IMG/VR virus record: IMGVR_UViG_3300042195_000056
Span: 1 to 27,828 of that record
Source of the DNA: a virus
Taxonomy: Duplodnaviria > Caudoviricetes
Direction: 5' to 3' (one strand)
Length of the DNA: 27,828 bases
In this document: in pieces, positions 24,734 to 27,828 of the stretch
How positions within the stretch are numbered: position 1 is the stretch's first letter
Layout: each line of letters begins with the position of its first letter
Program-made: the position numbers and the translations under genes
Notes under the pieces: model-generated
What the model was told of the DNA's origin: nothing
Databases searched by the model: none
Seen by the model: only the letters and a program-made list of their open reading frames with translations

Positions 24734-25771
24734 ATGCCTCACACGCCGATCCTTGCCGGGATGCGTTCTGACGCCGCATATTGGAATGTTCAGGCTGACT
24801 TCGACACGTACACGCCTGTACTACGTGGCACGACTACTGACCCGAACCTTGGTTCAACCGGTGAAGCGGTCGGGTCGTGGTGGCGTTCCGGGCATCGGAT
24901 ACGTGGCTTCGCGAGATTCCTATTCGGCGGCTCGGGTATCAACGCTGGTTCGGGTGCCTACCGGATCACGATCCCGTTCCCCGCCCACCCGACGCTGAAC
25001 ACTTTTAACGCGAACAGCGGCACGGCGGTCGGTTCGGGGCGCATACGCGACAACAGTACAGGCGCGAACTCAGAGCTTGTTGGGACGCTACTTGTGATGC
25101 TTGGCGGCGACACGGTGCTTACCATGACTCGCGACTCTTTCAACGGTTCGGTAACCTCTACGGCCCCTGTACCATGGGCATCCGGTGATCGTATCTCGGT
25201 GAACTTTGACTACATCGCCGACCCCAATTTCCTCCCGGCTACGGCGGTGAACCAGAACCGGTGGACCGATTCGGATCTGCTACCGGCGATGCCGTCACGC
25301 AACCTCGATTCGCCACGCACCTACAGCCCACAGTTCACTGCAACAACGACCGATCCGGATGTCGGTGCGGGCGGGTATGTGCAGGGCTGGTGGCGACTGT
25401 CATACGGGTGGGTAGACGCACAGGTCCGTATACGGTTCGACCCTGTGGGGCCGATAGGTACAGGCTCGGGCGTGTGGCAGGTGTCCGCGCCGCTGCCGAT
25501 CGACACCTCACTCATTGATGCGACAGGAACTAATGACGCCGGGGCGCGCGTCGGCGACGGTTCAGTACAGGACTTCGAAACTGAGGCGAACAACCGATTG
25601 TGTGCGGTGCAATTTGGTGCGTCTGACCGGGTGTTCTTCGGCGGCTCTGATTCGAACTCGTCATTCAATAGTCTGGTGCCGTTTACATGGAGTAACGGCG
25701 ACATGCTCGCAGCCCGGTTCTCCTACCCTGCCGACCCTGACTCGGTGGCTGCACTGCTGGGTGTGGCCTAA
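24734..25771 (+). CDS. minor tail / receptor-binding-like protein with two tandem beta domains
   Basis: YTPVLRGTTTDPNLG...GSGAYRITIPFP...WASGDRI versus YSPQFTATTTDPDVG...GSGVWQVSAPLP...WSNGDML. Confidence 0.75.
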   Translation: MPHTPILAGMRSDAAYWNVQADFDTYTPVLRGTTTDPNLGSTGEAVGSWWRSGHRIRGFARFLFGGSGINAGSGAYRITIPFPAHPTLNTFNANSGTAVGSGRIRDNSTGANSELVGTLLVMLGGDTVLTMTRDSFNGSVTSTAPVPWASGDRISVNFDYIADPNFLPATAVNQNRWTDSDLLPAMPSRNLDSPRTYSPQFTATTTDPDVGAGGYVQGWWRLSYGWVDAQVRIRFDPVGPIGTGSGVWQVSAPLPIDTSLIDATGTNDAGARVGDGSVQDFETEANNRLCAVQFGASDRVFFGGSDSNSSFNSLVPFTWSNGDMLAARFSYPADPDSVAALLGVA

Positions 25772-25821
25772 CCTGAACGGGCACGTTATGTTTGGTTCTG
25801 TGAAACTGGAGAAGGGGAGAC

Positions 25822-26277
25822 ATGGATACAACAGATCAACATTGGTCCGCGCCTAACGAATCCGAGATCGGCCACACCAGCCCTACCGTTTGGGTCATGC
25901 CGGGCGATGAGGACATCGAAGGCTGGTACTTAGGGTTCTTCAGCAGCCAGCGCGACGACCACACACACGCCGGGGAACGACCCATACGGGGTCGTGGCTG
26001 CCAGGCATGCAGATGGTTTGAGATGAGCTTGTGGCGCACCACTGACGGCGCGTATGTGCTCGTTAGACAGAACGTCACACGGGTTCCTAGCGAGCGGGAT
26101 TTCACCCATCTACACCGGGTGGAGGCTGCCGCCGATCTTTTGGGGGTGGCTGATATGGGTGTGCGGTCGCGTCCGATGCGTGCCCTACTAGAAGCTGCCG
26201 CACCACACGATGAGGCGGTAGCGCAGGTGGCGTGGGCTACAAGGTGGGACACGCCGACGTGGGAGACGGTCCGCTAA
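25822..26277 (+). CDS. hypothetical protein (CxxCRW motif)
   Basis: AAGGGGAG RBS; HTH...CQACRWFE...RT.DGAYVL, where HTH denotes the residues His-Thr-His. Confidence 0.8.
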   Translation: MDTTDQHWSAPNESEIGHTSPTVWVMPGDEDIEGWYLGFFSSQRDDHTHAGERPIRGRGCQACRWFEMSLWRTTDGAYVLVRQNVTRVPSERDFTHLHRVEAAADLLGVADMGVRSRPMRALLEAAAPHDEAVAQVAWATRWDTPTWETVR

Positions 26278-26309
26278 CACAGGTGAAACTAGAGAAACAG
26301 GAGAACAGC

Positions 26310-26837
26310 ATGGAAGAGACACGTACAACACAGATTGACCGGTTGGATGAAGACCTTAGTGGGGTTGAGGCGTTCGCCGGGGCGCTCAACATCGATGTCC
26401 TCAGTGTGAACGAGCTGACATTCGAGCAAGCAGCGGCACAGCTGAAACGTGTGCGTGCGGCTGTGAAGTTGTTGCAGGATTCGGAGCAGGCGTTCGAGGA
26501 CTGGCTTGATGAGGTGTGGCAGCACAAACGCTCCGAAGCCCGCCAGGCAGGTGAGCAGTTCGGGAACCCGATTGAGGTGCCCGGTGTCGCTACCGTTGAG
26601 GTGAAACGCGGTAGCGAGCGTAAGACGTGGGACCACGCCGGGTTGAGCAAAGCGGTCCTTGAGTCGCTACTGACTGATCTTCAGGGTGAGATGGCTAGCC
26701 CGTGGCAGGTCCGGGACGCGATCATGGATGCCGTGGGGGTGTCGTATTGGCGTGTCAAAGAGCTGAAACGACGCGGTATAGACGTCGACGATTTCTGTGT
26801 GAAGTCACCGGGTAAGCGTTCGGTGATCCTCACATGA
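26310..26837 (+). CDS. hypothetical phage protein, helical N-terminus
   Basis: AGGAGA RBS before ATG 26310; VKRGSERKTWDH and SYWRV. Confidence 0.8.
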   Translation: MEETRTTQIDRLDEDLSGVEAFAGALNIDVLSVNELTFEQAAAQLKRVRAAVKLLQDSEQAFEDWLDEVWQHKRSEARQAGEQFGNPIEVPGVATVEVKRGSERKTWDHAGLSKAVLESLLTDLQGEMASPWQVRDAIMDAVGVSYWRVKELKRRGIDVDDFCVKSPGKRSVILT

Positions 26838-26998
26838 CGGTGCCGTTCGAGCCGGACGCGAATAGCCGCAAACTCGCGAAGTTCTTGCGCAATCTATATG
26901 CGGCGTTGTTGGAGGTCGGGTTTACAGAGAATCAAACATTGCAGATCATCGGCGTTGTGATTGCCGCCGGGGCGAATCGAGGGAAACCCAGTGAATGA
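26834..26998 (+). CDS. 54-aa phage protein (not in ORF track)
   Basis: ATGA-coupled; MTVPFEPDANSRKLAKFLRNLYAALLEVGFTENQTLQIIGVVIAAGANRGKPSE. Confidence 0.75.
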   Translation: MTVPFEPDANSRKLAKFLRNLYAALLEVGFTENQTLQIIGVVIAAGANRGKPSE

Positions 26999-27362
26999 GA
27001 CACAGGCAGGTGAGCTGAACCCTGTCGCTATTGAGGCCGCTATCAGGTCGTGCGCGGAGAGGATTAGTCGTGGCGTGTTGGAGTGCAACCGCCGCTACGA
27101 GGCGCATCTCACAGCTCAACGCGACTATGATCAGGCACTCGCTAGGGCGTATCTACGGGCTGACGGTCCGGCACATGAGAAGAGACATCGCGCCGAGCTA
27201 GCGACCGTTGTGGAGCGCGAGGCTCGCGATGTGTGCGATGCGGCGTACCGATTCGCCGATCGTCAGGCCAGGGCGTTGACAGAAGAGTTGCGGGCTTTCC
27301 AGTCAATCGGGGCCAGCGTCCGAATGATGTATGGGTCTGCTGGCCGGGGTGAAGGTGCTTGA
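26991..27362 (+). CDS. helical hypothetical phage protein
   Basis: GAGGG before GTG 26991; LNPVAIE...ELRAFQSIGASVR.MY. Confidence 0.75.
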   Translation: MNETQAGELNPVAIEAAIRSCAERISRGVLECNRRYEAHLTAQRDYDQALARAYLRADGPAHEKRHRAELATVVEREARDVCDAAYRFADRQARALTEELRAFQSIGASVRMMYGSAGRGEGA

Positions 27363-27363
27363 T

Positions 27364-27828
27364 ATGACTGCCCCACTTCCATTGGACTCCTTTCAGGCGT
27401 CGTTGCCAGTTGCACTACCGAGACATCTCCGTCGGCGTACATATAGGGACGGTGAGTGCTGGCTAGTTAGAGGTCACGGCACCGGTCGGAGCGGGAAATA
27501 CAAAACCGTCAGTATCAATGACCGGCAACGGCTCGCGCATAGGGTGGCTCATGAGCTACTTGTGGGGGTTATCCCTGATGGCTATGAGGTAGACCATCTA
27601 TGTAAGAACCCTGCGTGCATTCGGGGCGATCACCTCGAAGCGGTCACTCATGCTGAAAATAACCGACGGAGCGATTCAACTTCGTCGGTTAACGCTCGCA
27701 AGCTGATGTGCAAACGCGGGCACGAGCTATCTGGGCTTAATCTATACATCCGTCCCGATGGTCGCGGTCGCCAGTGTCGAACCTGCCAGGCCGAGAATGA
27801 GCGCCGATTCCGAGAGGGGCGCTTGAGA
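27364..27828 (+). CDS. HNH endonuclease with C-terminal Cys/His zinc motif, 3'-truncated
   Basis: Open to the window end: ECW...LAHRVAHELLVGVIPDGYEVDHLCKNPACIRGDHLEAVTHAENNRR...CKRGH...CRTC. Confidence 0.9.
   Translation, partial: MTAPLPLDSFQASLPVALPRHLRRRTYRDGECWLVRGHGTGRSGKYKTVSINDRQRLAHRVAHELLVGVIPDGYEVDHLCKNPACIRGDHLEAVTHAENNRRSDSTSSVNARKLMCKRGHELSGLNLYIRPDGRGRQCRTCQAENERRFREGRLR

Noticed and set aside
27592-27665. Inactive HNH because CIRGDHL lacks the usual Asn
   Set aside because: Arg at this position is a common variant, and the DH and EN residues are intact.

Overview
High-GC fragment of a siphovirus-type phage or prophage, most likely of an actinobacterial host (inferred from gene families and promoter style). 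On the + strand it runs through a 5'-truncated MuF-like/maturation-protease polyprotein, two capsid genes, a major tail tube, head-tail connectors, a frameshifted tail chaperone, tape measure and minor tail proteins, then small non-structural genes and a 3'-truncated HNH endonuclease. Two accessory systems sit between the protease and capsid genes. (1) A glycan-building and decorating cluster: a GT32 glycosyltransferase, a methyltransferase, a WbdD-like methyltransferase fused to a CTP-dependent riboflavin-kinase-fold domain, a sulfotransferase and two paralogous GT-A-like enzymes. (2) Splitting that cluster, a self-contained minus-strand operon with a consensus promoter, a palindromic operator, two small acidic paralogues and an Aca2/YdiL-like HTH gene, which matches anti-CRISPR/anti-defence locus architecture. 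All family assignments come from motif recognition from memory; no database searches were run. No integrase, lysin, rRNA, tRNA or CRISPR array was seen.
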